Origin: a virus
Direction: 5' to 3' (one strand)
Virus record (IMG/VR): IMGVR_UViG_3300044977_000094
Coordinates: 64,001-128,000 of that record
DNA: 64,000 nucleotides
The notes beneath the pieces are model-generated. The model ran no database searches and was not told the origin of the DNA. It worked only from the letters and a program-made list of their open reading frames with translations. Numbering within the stretch: the stretch's first letter is position 1; each line of letters begins with the position of its first letter. Position numbers and translations under genes: made by a program. Shown here one piece after another: positions 1 through 7,980 of this stretch.

Positions 1-2418
1 CGCGGTGGGCAGGTGGACGCGGATCAGCTGGAGCTGGCCGGCGGTGGGGGCGGTGCCGGAGCTGTTGCAGGCGGTGGGCTTGTCGGACCAGGTCAGGTAG
101 CCGTGGTCCGCGGGGGAGAAGTCGGCCCAGGGGTGGACATGGTCATAGGGGGCGGCGAGGGGCCCGGAGCCGGTGGCGGCGGGGGATGCGGGCCGCTTGG
201 GCAGGTCGGTGGTGTCGATCGTGGCTTGGACTGTGCCGGTGGTGTTGGCCCAGCGGAGTACTTCGCCGACGGGCATGACGGGGATGCCGTGCGAGTTGAT
301 CCCGGCCATGATCGACGCGAAGTCGGTGATGCTGATCTGAGTGTCGGCCGAGGGGGAGCTGACCACCTCATGGAACGCCAGGATGAGCCAACTGCCCGTG
401 GCCTTGCACTGGTCGAGGTCGCCGCCGGTCTGGGTGATCAGGCTGGTCAGGTATTCCTGGCCGTCGCCGGTGTAGCTGGAGATGCTGGAGATCCTGCGCA
501 CCCGCCACGCATCGGACGGGGGGTAGGTCTCCTTGGTCTTGTTGATCGTCGTCAGACCGAACCCGTACACCTGCTCCAGGATCAGCTCGGTGTTGACATT
601 GTCCGTCGTCTGACCGTACTGCCCTTTCGGGTAGGCGACCAGGTCAGCGCCACGGAAGCCGTTCGCGACGGCGAACGCCTTCATGGAGGTGGCATCGGCC
701 AGGAGCTGAGCGGCCGTGACGCCGGTGTACGTCTCACTGTGGACCGTGTCCGAGTAGGCGTGGCAGGCGATCTCCCAGCCGGAGTCCTTCTGGAGGTTCC
801 GCAGGTCCGTCAGGGACAGGCGTCCGGTGGTGCCGATGAGGTCGGCGATCACGAAGCTGGTGGCGTTGTAGCCGTAGAGATCTAGGTATGGCTTGCCGGC
901 GGTGAGGGCGTCTTCGTAGCAGTCGTCGAAGGTGATCGAGATGACGCCGTTCGGGAAGGTGGCCTGCCCGGACGCGACGAAGTCGACCATCTGGAGGTGC
1001 ACCGTGACCGCATTGGCGCTGCCGCCGCCGATGTCCGCGATCCGGAACCGCACCGCAGCCAGCCCAGTCGTGGCACCGCTGCCGATCTTCACGGCGGTGT
1101 GGAACGACAGGGACTGCGTAACCCAGTCGCCACTGGTGTAGTAGTTGGAGCCGGAGACTCCGGTCTGCATCGTCCAGTTCCACCCGTTGGTCCAGGTGGT
1201 GTCCGTGCACACGTCGATCTCGAAGGACGCCAGGTTGTTGATGTTCGTGACCTGCGCGGTCACCCGCGGGATCGCCGACGCCAGGCTGGCTGCGGTGATG
1301 CTGCCGTACACGTGGTAGGTGACCCCGTCGCCGGGAGTCGTCAGCGTTGCGCACTGGCTGCCCCGGGCGAAGACGCTGGTGTCGTTCGCGGTGTACGTGC
1401 CCGACCCGGAGACGTCCGAGACGAAGCCATGCCCGCTCTGGAACTCCGTGCCGATCGCCGTCGGCTGCACATACCGCGGCAGCCGCAGGGACGGCGGGTA
1501 CGGCACGCTGGTCGCCAGAGTCGCGATCGGCTGGTACAGCGACGCCGCTGACGCCTCGGCCGACGACAGGGCCGTCGCAGCCGCGCCCGCCGCGTCGTAG
1601 GCCGCGTTCGCTCGGCTGACCTCGGCGGTGATCTGCGTATTGGTGTAGGCCTCGGCGTTCGACTGCGCTGTCGCCGCTGCACCTGCGGCGTCGTAGGCGC
1701 TGTTCGCGCGGGACACCTCGGAGGCGATCTGCGCGGCCGTGTACGTCTCGGCGTTGCTCTGGGCGGTTGCGGCCGATCCGGCGGCGTCGAATGCGCTGCT
1801 GGCCTGAGTCGCCGCCGTACCTAGTCCGAGGTTGGTCCGGGCATTCGGCGCACTGGAGGCGCCGGTACCGCCCTGCGCCACCGGCAGCGGTGAGGCCAGG
1901 TGCGTGCCGGTGACCTGCGGGCCGGTTGCTGTGCCGCCGAGGTCCCCGTCGAGCTGGATGGCACCCTGGCTGCTGTTCGTCGCGGCGGGGATGGTGAAGC
2001 TGACGCTGCCGGTGAAGTCGTTGGTGCCCGTCCAGACGTTGTCGCCTGCGAGGGCCCCGAAGAGCGTGAGGTCGCCGGAGGGTGCGACGGGGCTGATGCT
2101 GGACAGGTCGACGGGGCTGTCGGCGCCGGGTAGCAGGATGCTGTAGGTGCGGCCGACCTGGGCGAGCTGGGTGCCGAGCTGTTCGACGACTTGGTAGGTC
2201 CAGCCGGTGGGGGAGACTCCGGCGGCGTCGGTCGCGAGGAGTTGGATGGTGAAGTCGCCGTTTCCGTCGAGCGTTGCCGTGACGGGGCCGCTCGGGATGA
2301 TGACGCTGTTGCTCGCGGACTGGAGTGTCACGCTGGGTGTGAAGGTGACGCTGCCGGTCTCGGGTTCCTCGTTGGCGGTCTCGTAGTGGCCGGTGAGGGT
2401 GACCATGGTCAGCGACAC
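1..2418 (-). CDS. Virion/tail-fibre-like protein with a NodB-type polysaccharide deacetylase domain; 3' end lies outside the window
   Basis: Missing from the ORF track because there is no stop in the window. GGAGGGG SD then GTG at 2418 (VSLTMVTLTGHYET..). Contains ~32-aa repeats (DAAG.AATAQSNAE.YT..QI..EVSRAN.AY, ~1560-1800) and deacetylase motifs VISITFDDCYEDA and GWEIACHAY. Confidence 0.75.
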   Translation of the reverse strand, partial: MSLTMVTLTGHYETANEEPETGSVTFTPSVTLQSASNSVIIPSGPVTATLDGNGDFTIQLLATDAAGVSPTGWTYQVVEQLGTQLAQVGRTYSILLPGADSPVDLSSISPVAPSGDLTLFGALAGDNVWTGTNDFTGSVSFTIPAATNSSQGAIQLDGDLGGTATGPQVTGTHLASPLPVAQGGTGASSAPNARTNLGLGTAATQASSAFDAAGSAATAQSNAETYTAAQIASEVSRANSAYDAAGAAATAQSNAEAYTNTQITAEVSRANAAYDAAGAAATALSSAEASAASLYQPIATLATSVPYPPSLRLPRYVQPTAIGTEFQSGHGFVSDVSGSGTYTANDTSVFARGSQCATLTTPGDGVTYHVYGSITAASLASAIPRVTAQVTNINNLASFEIDVCTDTTWTNGWNWTMQTGVSGSNYYTSGDWVTQSLSFHTAVKIGSGATTGLAAVRFRIADIGGGSANAVTVHLQMVDFVASGQATFPNGVISITFDDCYEDALTAGKPYLDLYGYNATSFVIADLIGTTGRLSLTDLRNLQKDSGWEIACHAYSDTVHSETYTGVTAAQLLADATSMKAFAVANGFRGADLVAYPKGQYGQTTDNVNTELILEQVYGFGLTTINKTKETYPPSDAWRVRRISSISSYTGDGQEYLTSLITQTGGDLDQCKATGSWLILAFHEVVSSPSADTQISITDFASIMAGINSHGIPVMPVGEVLRWANTTGTVQATIDTTDLPKRPASPAATGSGPLAAPYDHVHPWADFSPADHGYLTWSDKPTACNSSGTAPTAGQLQLIRVHLPTA

Positions 2419-2593
2419 GGCGTCCCCTCCTTTGCGGCTGGAGGAGACGGGCTGGGCTACATCGGGTCGGGCAGGAACTCGGCGATCGGAGGATCCGCTG
2501 CGCAGGGTGCCGCGCGGTGGCGCCACCCCTTTTCGTCGAGCACTGCGGGCTGACCGCAGCGCGAGCAGCGTCCAGGCAGCGGCGGATCTTCGG

Positions 2594-2845
2594 TCAAGCG
2601 GACGCCTCCACAGGGGAGGCCGTGTTCACGCGCTCGATGCTGAGGACCGCGCTGGCTTGGACGGCGTAGACGTCCTTGTTGTTCGGGTCCTTGAAGGTGA
2701 TGAAGGCGTCGTCGCGCTTGAAGTAGGCGGCATCGATCCGCTTGCTCCGCGTCCAGGACCCAGGGTCACCGACAAGGGGCAGCAGCATGACCTCGAACGT
2801 CTTGAGCGTAGGGATCTTTGTGGTGGTAGTGGCAGAGGCGGACAT
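2594..2845 (-). CDS. Hypothetical phage protein (83 aa)
   Basis: AGGAG SD, GC3-biased codons, same orientation as neighbours. Confidence 0.7.
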   Translation of the reverse strand: MSASATTTTKIPTLKTFEVMLLPLVGDPGSWTRSKRIDAAYFKRDDAFITFKDPNNKDVYAVQASAVLSIERVNTASPVEASA

Positions 2846-3061
2846 GGTGGCTCTCCTGGTGGTTGTGGTGGTGGTTCAGTGCCTGGCGACTTCGCGGCCG
2901 TCGGCCACGTCGTCTCGCCCGGTCCCGCCGCAGTCGCATCGGTCGCCCCAGCCGTCGCGTACTCGGCAGCGGGTAGTGGGCCGGTGGGCGTGGCCGCAGT
3001 TCTCGCAGTACGCGGACGCGTCCGTGACGGGGATCCTCACCACCTCACCTTGATCCGTGGC

Positions 3062-3409
3062 TTATTCCCCGACGGTCTGCCAGTCATCGGCGAGGAGGTC
3101 CGACTGCGATGCGACCCACGGGACGAAGTCGCCCTGGGCGGTCAGCATCATCAGGTACGGCCGGAACTTCCGGACGGTTCCCTCGGGGATGCCGGTGGCC
3201 TGGGCGGTGTTGGCGTTGATCGCAATGCCGTCCGGGTAGCCGGGCTGGTGCACGACGAACATGCCGTGCCCGTTCCAGCCGGCGCGGGTGACCCGGGAGC
3301 CGCTCTTGAGTGCGGTGAGCGCGGCGCCGAAGTCCATTGCCGCGGGCGCATGGGGCTGCGGCGCGGGTTCGACGTGGGGGCGGGGGCGGGAGTGCGCGTG
3401 GTGGGACAC
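3062..3409 (-). CDS. DUF2829 / Thoeris anti-defence 2 (Tad2)-like protein
   Basis: MDFGAALTALKSGSRVTRAGWNG.GMF...PYLMM.TAQG.FVPWVASQSDLLADDW matches the DUF2829 signature. Start is GTG 3409 (GGAG SD) or ATG 3337. Confidence 0.85.
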   Translation of the reverse strand: MSHHAHSRPRPHVEPAPQPHAPAAMDFGAALTALKSGSRVTRAGWNGHGMFVVHQPGYPDGIAINANTAQATGIPEGTVRKFRPYLMMLTAQGDFVPWVASQSDLLADDWQTVGE

Positions 3410-3558
3410 GAGGGCTCCATCGTGAGGGTGGGTGATGTCGATTGGTCTCGCGGCCCCGGCCGGGTGGGCAGGCGGGGGCCGCGAGATGCCCGCGACCCTC
3501 GACACGGGCGCGGGTACCCCGCCGTGGTCCGCACCCAGGACAGCGGGGAGAAGAGGGG

Positions 3559-3774
3559 TCAGGCGGCGAGCACGGCGGACTCGGCCCGCTTGGCAATCTC
3601 GGCCCTGACCTCGGGCTCGGCGTAGAGCGTCCCCTCGCTGCGCCGGCGACCGGGGAATCGCTGGATCTTGCCGCGTGTCGCCCACTGGCGGATCGCTGCC
3701 TCGCTCACACCCGCGAGGGCCGCCGCCTCGGCTCCGGTGATCAGCTCGTCCGGGTACACATTCAAGGGAATCAC
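3559..3774 (-). CDS. MerR-like/HTH_17 small DNA-binding protein
   Basis: LITGAEAAALAGVSEAAIRQWATRGKI helix-turn-helix. Confidence 0.75.
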   Translation of the reverse strand: MIPLNVYPDELITGAEAAALAGVSEAAIRQWATRGKIQRFPGRRRSEGTLYAEPEVRAEIAKRAESAVLAA

Positions 3775-3794
3775 GCGATCCACCCCCGAACGCG

Positions 3795-3826
3795 AAAAAG
3801 CCCCCGCCGTGGTGACGGCGGGGGCT
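3795..3826 (-). terminator. Intrinsic terminator
   Basis: Minus strand AGCCCCCGCCGT-CACC-ACGGCGGGGGCT followed by TTTT. Confidence 0.8.
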
Positions 3827-3890
3827 CGAAGGCATACCTGTATCAGGTGATCGGATTGTGACACCAGAAGGATCACCCGCGCAAGTGGCC

Positions 3891-4559
3891 TCAGGCAGCG
3901 ACAGGACGAGTGGCCTCATACAGCGCCATCCACTCCTCGCGGCCCCACCGCTGGCCGCAGTCCGGACACTTCACCGACGCCCGGTTGATGTCCACCCGCA
4001 TCGGCGCTTCGCATTCGGTGCCGTCGTCGAACAGGTAGCGGCAGTGCACCGGGATCAGGCACGGCTGGGTGCCGTCGATGGTGTGCTTCGCCCGCCAGTA
4101 CAGGGTGCTGATCGTGTCGAGGTCGTCGGCGACGTCCTCGTAGCTCTCGCAGGCGGTGGCCAGGTTGATCGTGAGGTGGTTGACCACGTCGGCGAGGGTC
4201 TGCCGGAGGTCGCCGGCAAAGGTGGCGATGGTGCGGCCACGGGCCTTGCGCCAGGAGTCCTCGACGGCCTGGAGTTGGGTGACGATGCCGCCCTTGGCCC
4301 GCATGTCGAGGGGCTGGAGTGCCACGGGCAGCGGAGCCGTCTTCGGCTTGCCGACGCGCGCGCCACTGCCGGAGCGGCCGGGGGTGAGGAGTTCGCCCAG
4401 GGAGTCGTACTGCTTGGGGAGAGCGCGCAGGTGGGTGCGGGCGCGGCTCTCGCAGAGGAAGCAGGTGAAGCGGTTGAGCTCGGACTGGAACAGCTTCCGC
4501 TTGCAGTGGCAGCAGAGGAATTCGGGTTCCTGGTCGGCGTCGGCGGAGTGGACGGGCAT
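3891..4559 (-). CDS. Zn-finger phage protein, possible late-gene activator/antiterminator
   Basis: N-terminal CxxC..CxxC and C-terminal C..C..CPDC. Last early-type gene before a promoter/terminator unit. Confidence 0.55.
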   Translation of the reverse strand: MPVHSADADQEPEFLCCHCKRKLFQSELNRFTCFLCESRARTHLRALPKQYDSLGELLTPGRSGSGARVGKPKTAPLPVALQPLDMRAKGGIVTQLQAVEDSWRKARGRTIATFAGDLRQTLADVVNHLTINLATACESYEDVADDLDTISTLYWRAKHTIDGTQPCLIPVHCRYLFDDGTECEAPMRVDINRASVKCPDCGQRWGREEWMALYEATRPVAA

Positions 4560-4677
4560 GGCGCAGCTCCCGTGGGTGCAGGAGTGACAGGGCTGTCGTC
4601 CAGTATGCGCCTGTGATCGTCGCAGTGCGTGACCGTCGGCTCCCGCGCCCATGGTGGGCACGGGGGCCGACTGGTCG

Positions 4678-6264
4678 TCAGCCCCGCTTCTCCCACGGCC
4701 ACGACGCATTGCGCCCGGCCTCCAGCAACGGCACCATGCGGAACGCGTGGTCGGTCAGGCCGCCGAAGGTGTGCCGGTTCCGGCTGCCGGACGGACCGTG
4801 GCCGACCCGGTAGCCAGCCAGGTTCCAGGTGTACACCGGCACGTTCGCTGGAACCGCGGTGTCCACCGTGTGCCCGGTGCGCGAGTACGCGGTCTGCTCG
4901 TCGGTCACCACGACGACGCGGTCGTGGCCGCGGTAGTTGTCGGCGATGGCCCGTGGGGTGTCCGTGCCATCGTCCATCCGGAACCGGCCCATCACGGTCA
5001 GGATCGCGTCGCCGCGCTGGAACTGCACCGGGTAGTGGCTCATGCCGTAGCCGACGAGGTCGGCCGACTCGGCGCGCAGTGCGAGCGCGGCCCCGAACAG
5101 CGCAGCCTTCTCCGCGAGGGCGATGTCGCTGTCGGTGCGGGTCGAGTAGACGTAGCCGGGGAACATCGACGGCGACTGGTCAATGCACACCAGTGTGCGG
5201 CCGGTCAGTGACGGCACGTTGGCCAGGGAGGATCGCAGACTCTTCTCCAGGGCGTGACCCCAGCGCAGGCTGGCCGTGTTCTTGTGCGCGGAGTAGAACC
5301 GGAACGGGAACTGCCGAGAGCGGGCGACCTCGGTCGGGTTGGCCAGCTTGGCGGCGACCTGCTCGGCAACCTCGTCGGACACTCCAGCCTGGTCGAAGTT
5401 CCGCAGGTTCCGCAGCAGCGCCATGTAGCCCATGGACGGGATCACCGCTTCCCAGGCCGCGGCGTCCATGGGGCCCTGGAGCCAGCCGGCCAGTGCCTCC
5501 CAGGTCATGCCCGCGTGCTGGAGCAGGTCCGGGTGCTCGCGCACTACCGTGCGGCGCTGGTCGACGGGGGTGGCCATGAGCTGTTCGCGGGCGACGATGG
5601 TGGACAGGCTGCCGGGCACGTCGGTGTCGCGTCCGTGTCGGCGGTCGATGGCGTGCTTGAACAGGTCGCCCTGCCAGCGCCGGCCGGTGGCGGGTGCGGC
5701 GTGGACGAGTTCGAGGACGTCACCGAAGCGGTAGCCCTTGGAGTCGGTGTCGTACTTGAGCAGCGCTCGCTCGCTGTAGAGGCGCTGGACGGCGTCGGCG
5801 ATTCCGCGCTTGACGGGCTTGGACAGGTTGCGGCCGTAGCGGCTGGTCCAGTAGGCGAGGAGTTCACCGGGCTCGTCGGGGCGCTGGAGAACGGAGTCGA
5901 TGACCTGGCGGGACTGGCCGTCGAGCTTGGCGTCGAGTCGGGCCTTGGCGAACTCGGCCGCGCCGACGAGGGATGCGGTGCGCATGTTGCCGTCGTCGCG
6001 CAGCCAGCCGAGGAGCCCGGCGGTCCACTCCGGGGCGGAGACGGCGAGCTCTCGGATGAGCTGGGTGTAGCGGTCGTCGCGCTGGCCGCCGGATTCGTAG
6101 AAGGTGTCCTGGCCGACGAGGTTGGAGACGGCGAGGAGGAACAGCTCGCTCTTCTCGTCGCGGAGGTAACCGGTCGCGCCCTCGAAGGTGCGCGTGGCGA
6201 CCCCGGTCGTGGTGACGGGGGACGTGCCGGCCGGGCGGACGTGGGGGGTGTTGAAGCGTGACAT
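4678..6264 (-). CDS. rsr: Ro60/Rsr ortholog (TROVE + vWA domains)
   Basis: TROVE motifs (ELFLLAV, GNMRT, QRPDEPGE, MTWEAL, MGYMALLRNLRN, RSRQFPFRF) and vWA MIDAS DQSPSM ... GTD ... VVTDEQ. Likely start is ATG 6264 (MSRFN). Confidence 0.93.
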   Translation of the reverse strand: MSRFNTPHVRPAGTSPVTTTGVATRTFEGATGYLRDEKSELFLLAVSNLVGQDTFYESGGQRDDRYTQLIRELAVSAPEWTAGLLGWLRDDGNMRTASLVGAAEFAKARLDAKLDGQSRQVIDSVLQRPDEPGELLAYWTSRYGRNLSKPVKRGIADAVQRLYSERALLKYDTDSKGYRFGDVLELVHAAPATGRRWQGDLFKHAIDRRHGRDTDVPGSLSTIVAREQLMATPVDQRRTVVREHPDLLQHAGMTWEALAGWLQGPMDAAAWEAVIPSMGYMALLRNLRNFDQAGVSDEVAEQVAAKLANPTEVARSRQFPFRFYSAHKNTASLRWGHALEKSLRSSLANVPSLTGRTLVCIDQSPSMFPGYVYSTRTDSDIALAEKAALFGAALALRAESADLVGYGMSHYPVQFQRGDAILTVMGRFRMDDGTDTPRAIADNYRGHDRVVVVTDEQTAYSRTGHTVDTAVPANVPVYTWNLAGYRVGHGPSGSRNRHTFGGLTDHAFRMVPLLEAGRNASWPWEKRG

Positions 6265-6265
6265 G

Positions 6266-6289
6266 AAAAAGCCCCTCGCTGTGGAGGGG
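6266..6289 (-). terminator. Terminator-like hairpin overlapping the rsr ribosome-binding site
   Basis: Minus strand CCCCTC-CACAGC-GAGGGG-CTTTTT-C-ATG. Confidence 0.6.
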
Positions 6290-6301
6290 AGGAGATGCAA
6301 T

Positions 6302-6441
6302 GGGGTGCCCGAGATCGGAGTCGGCGACGGCGTGATTGTCAATTGCGCTACCCATTGCGCCACCGGCAACCGTGAGGTGGCCGGGCGGGACTTGAACCCG
6401 CAACCCATTGAAGTATCCGTTGCCTTCGCACCGGGCACCCC
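6302..6441 (-). ncRNA. Y RNA 3 (YrlA-like, tRNA elbow without an anticodon arm)
   Basis: Terminal stem GGGGTGCCCG/CGGGCACCCC and GGTGCGA Ro-site. T-arm GCGGG-TTCAAGT-CCCGC, closed acceptor-like stem CCGGC..GCCGG, D-arm GCGC-AATGGGTA-GCGC. Adjacent to rsr. Confidence 0.85.
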
Positions 6442-6442
6442 G

Positions 6443-6527
6443 ATGCATATCCTCCCGAGATCAAGGTCGGCCTGCGGCGTGATTCACCATAAGAAGTAGC
6501 CGCTGGCCAGCGCACCGGGAGGTGCAT
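6443..6527 (-). ncRNA. Y RNA 2 (minimal, Ro-binding scaffold only)
   Basis: Terminal stem CCTCCCG/CGGGAGG. Shares GGTGCG...TACTTC...ATCACGCCG..GCCGACCTTGATCT with the flanking Y RNAs, but has no tRNA-like domain. Confidence 0.75.
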
Positions 6528-6537
6528 GTGAAGTTGT

Positions 6538-6676
6538 GTATCCAGAGTTCAAGGTTGGCGACGCGGTCGTAAGCGCTCTGGGCCGCTGAGCTACCGGCGC
6601 AGAAGCGCCGGCCGGGATTCGAACCCGGGTCTCTCTCTTAGCAGGAGAAGAACTCGTCACCTTCGCACCTGGATGC
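6538..6676 (-). ncRNA. Y RNA 1 (YrlA-like, complete permuted tRNA cloverleaf with GCU anticodon loop)
   Basis: Terminal stem ATCCAG/CTGGAT and GGTGCGA..CCTTGA Ro-site. Insert reads TTCTC-CTGCTAA-GAGAG, AGAC, CCGGG-TTCGAAT-CCCGG, CCGGCGC-TTCT-GCGCCGG, TA, GCTC-AGCGGCCCA-GAGC. Confidence 0.88.
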
Positions 6677-6681
6677 CACCC

Positions 6682-6687
6682 ACGGTA
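6682..6687 (-). promoter_or_regulatory. Putative -10 element for the Y RNA-rsr transcript
   Basis: TACCGT (actinobacterial TANNNT) 5-6 nt upstream of the predicted Y RNA 1 5' end. Confidence 0.45.
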
Positions 6688-6758
6688 CATCACGTTCACC
6701 CGATTGTGCGCCCGCGATTCCGGTCGTTCTGCTGCGCCATGAGTGACCGTCAGTCACG

Positions 6759-6950
6759 ATGGTGTCTATGAGCAGCGAGACGACTGTGTTCGTGAAGTCG
6801 AAGTCCGAGGCGGATGCGCAGGCGTGGGCGACGGTGCTGCGGTCGCTCGGCATGATCGTGGGCGGTCCCTCTGACGCGCCGGGCGTGAGCGGGGACGGGC
6901 GCTGGGTCGTGCGCGCCAACTCGCCCGACCCGGACCGCGCCAGCATCTGA
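6759..6950 (+). CDS. Small hypothetical protein
   Basis: 63-aa ORF divergent from the Y RNA locus, followed by a GC hairpin (~6961-6988). Confidence 0.5.
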   Translation: MVSMSSETTVFVKSKSEADAQAWATVLRSLGMIVGGPSDAPGVSGDGRWVVRANSPDPDRASI

Positions 6951-7018
6951 GCATGCTGCGGCCCCGCCGACGGGGGGACGGCGGGGGTTCGGCCGTCATG
7001 GGCCAGGGATGAGCGGCG

Positions 7019-7381
7019 CTACGGACGCCACTCGGGTCGATAGCCGGGCCTGTGCGCGTACGGGACGGCGAGGAGCCGCAGCAGTTCAAGGCTTTCCGGC
7101 CGGGTCTCCTCACACCGTCCGGCCTCGATCTCGTCGGCAGTGTGACAGCATCCCCATTCGCCGTCGACGGCTGCGGCGTGCTCGAACGCGATTCGGATCG
7201 TCCGCTCCAAGGCGCCGATTTGATCCCAGCGCCGCTCGCCCCAGCTGACGCCAACCGGAACACGCTTGGGCACGTTAGAGAGGTAGATCGTCTTCCATGC
7301 GGGGTGCTCGATCGCGGCGATCGCTTCGGCCCGGTCGACTTCCAGTTGGCGGTGCAGCCAGGAGACGAGGTCTGCGGTCAC
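7019..7381 (-). CDS. DUF6221-family protein
   Basis: LVSWLHRQLEVD N-terminus and LRLLAVPYAHRPGYRPEWRP C-terminus. Confidence 0.75.
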   Translation of the reverse strand: MTADLVSWLHRQLEVDRAEAIAAIEHPAWKTIYLSNVPKRVPVGVSWGERRWDQIGALERTIRIAFEHAAAVDGEWGCCHTADEIEAGRCEETRPESLELLRLLAVPYAHRPGYRPEWRP

Positions 7382-7980
7382 CGCTTCCTCCGGCGCCGGT
7401 TCCGCTGCCGCTGCCGGTAGCGGGCATCGAGGTTCGACGGTCCGTACATGCGATCGCACTCCTCCGTCCACACGCCCCGGAGGCCGAGGGTGAGCTGGTC
7501 CACCAACAGCCGGTGCCCGTGCAGCGCATCCAACTCGGAGGCCCAGCACAGTTGGACCCCATCATCCCCACCACCGAACACCATGGTCTCGAACAGGCGG
7601 CCACCTGCCCCGAAGTAGCCGTGGTCCAGGCCCAGCCGGACCGTGGACACGTACACGGACAGGGATCGGTCGGCGCGTGAGCGAATGTGCGTGAGGGCGA
7701 CGCGCGCATAGCTCCGGTCCGCGAGAAGGATGTTCGCCGTCGCCCTGTCGATGGGCTGGCCCTGGCGGTCGAACCACATTGAGGGGAAGGCCGACTGGAA
7801 GGACTCCGCGAGATGCTGGAAGGCCGCTACCGCTCCCTCTGTCGACGCGGTGAGGGTGACCACCGTCGAGGCCAGCCGTCCGCCTGCGCCGCCGTCGGGC
7901 TCGGGCCGCCACCGCATGGCGTCCGCGCTGCCGTGCCACTCGGCGAGGGTGTCGTCGATGTCCGCCAGGATGTCGGTCAT
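7378..7980 (-). CDS. Hypothetical phage protein
   Basis: Translationally coupled to neighbours. VSTV.LGLDH...FETMVF motif common in phage proteins. Confidence 0.7.
   Translation of the reverse strand: MTDILADIDDTLAEWHGSADAMRWRPEPDGGAGGRLASTVVTLTASTEGAVAAFQHLAESFQSAFPSMWFDRQGQPIDRATANILLADRSYARVALTHIRSRADRSLSVYVSTVRLGLDHGYFGAGGRLFETMVFGGGDDGVQLCWASELDALHGHRLLVDQLTLGLRGVWTEECDRMYGPSNLDARYRQRQRNRRRRKR

Noticed and set aside
6574-6650. Canonical tRNA-Ser gene
   Set aside because: Arms are in permuted order, the acceptor stem is closed by a loop, there is no CCA or long variable arm, and it is embedded in a Y RNA scaffold
6265-6699. N-terminal extension of the TROVE ORF to 6438 and ORF 6484-6699
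   Set aside because: They overlap the structured Y RNAs; the MSRFN start at 6264 has an SD and fits Rsr proteins
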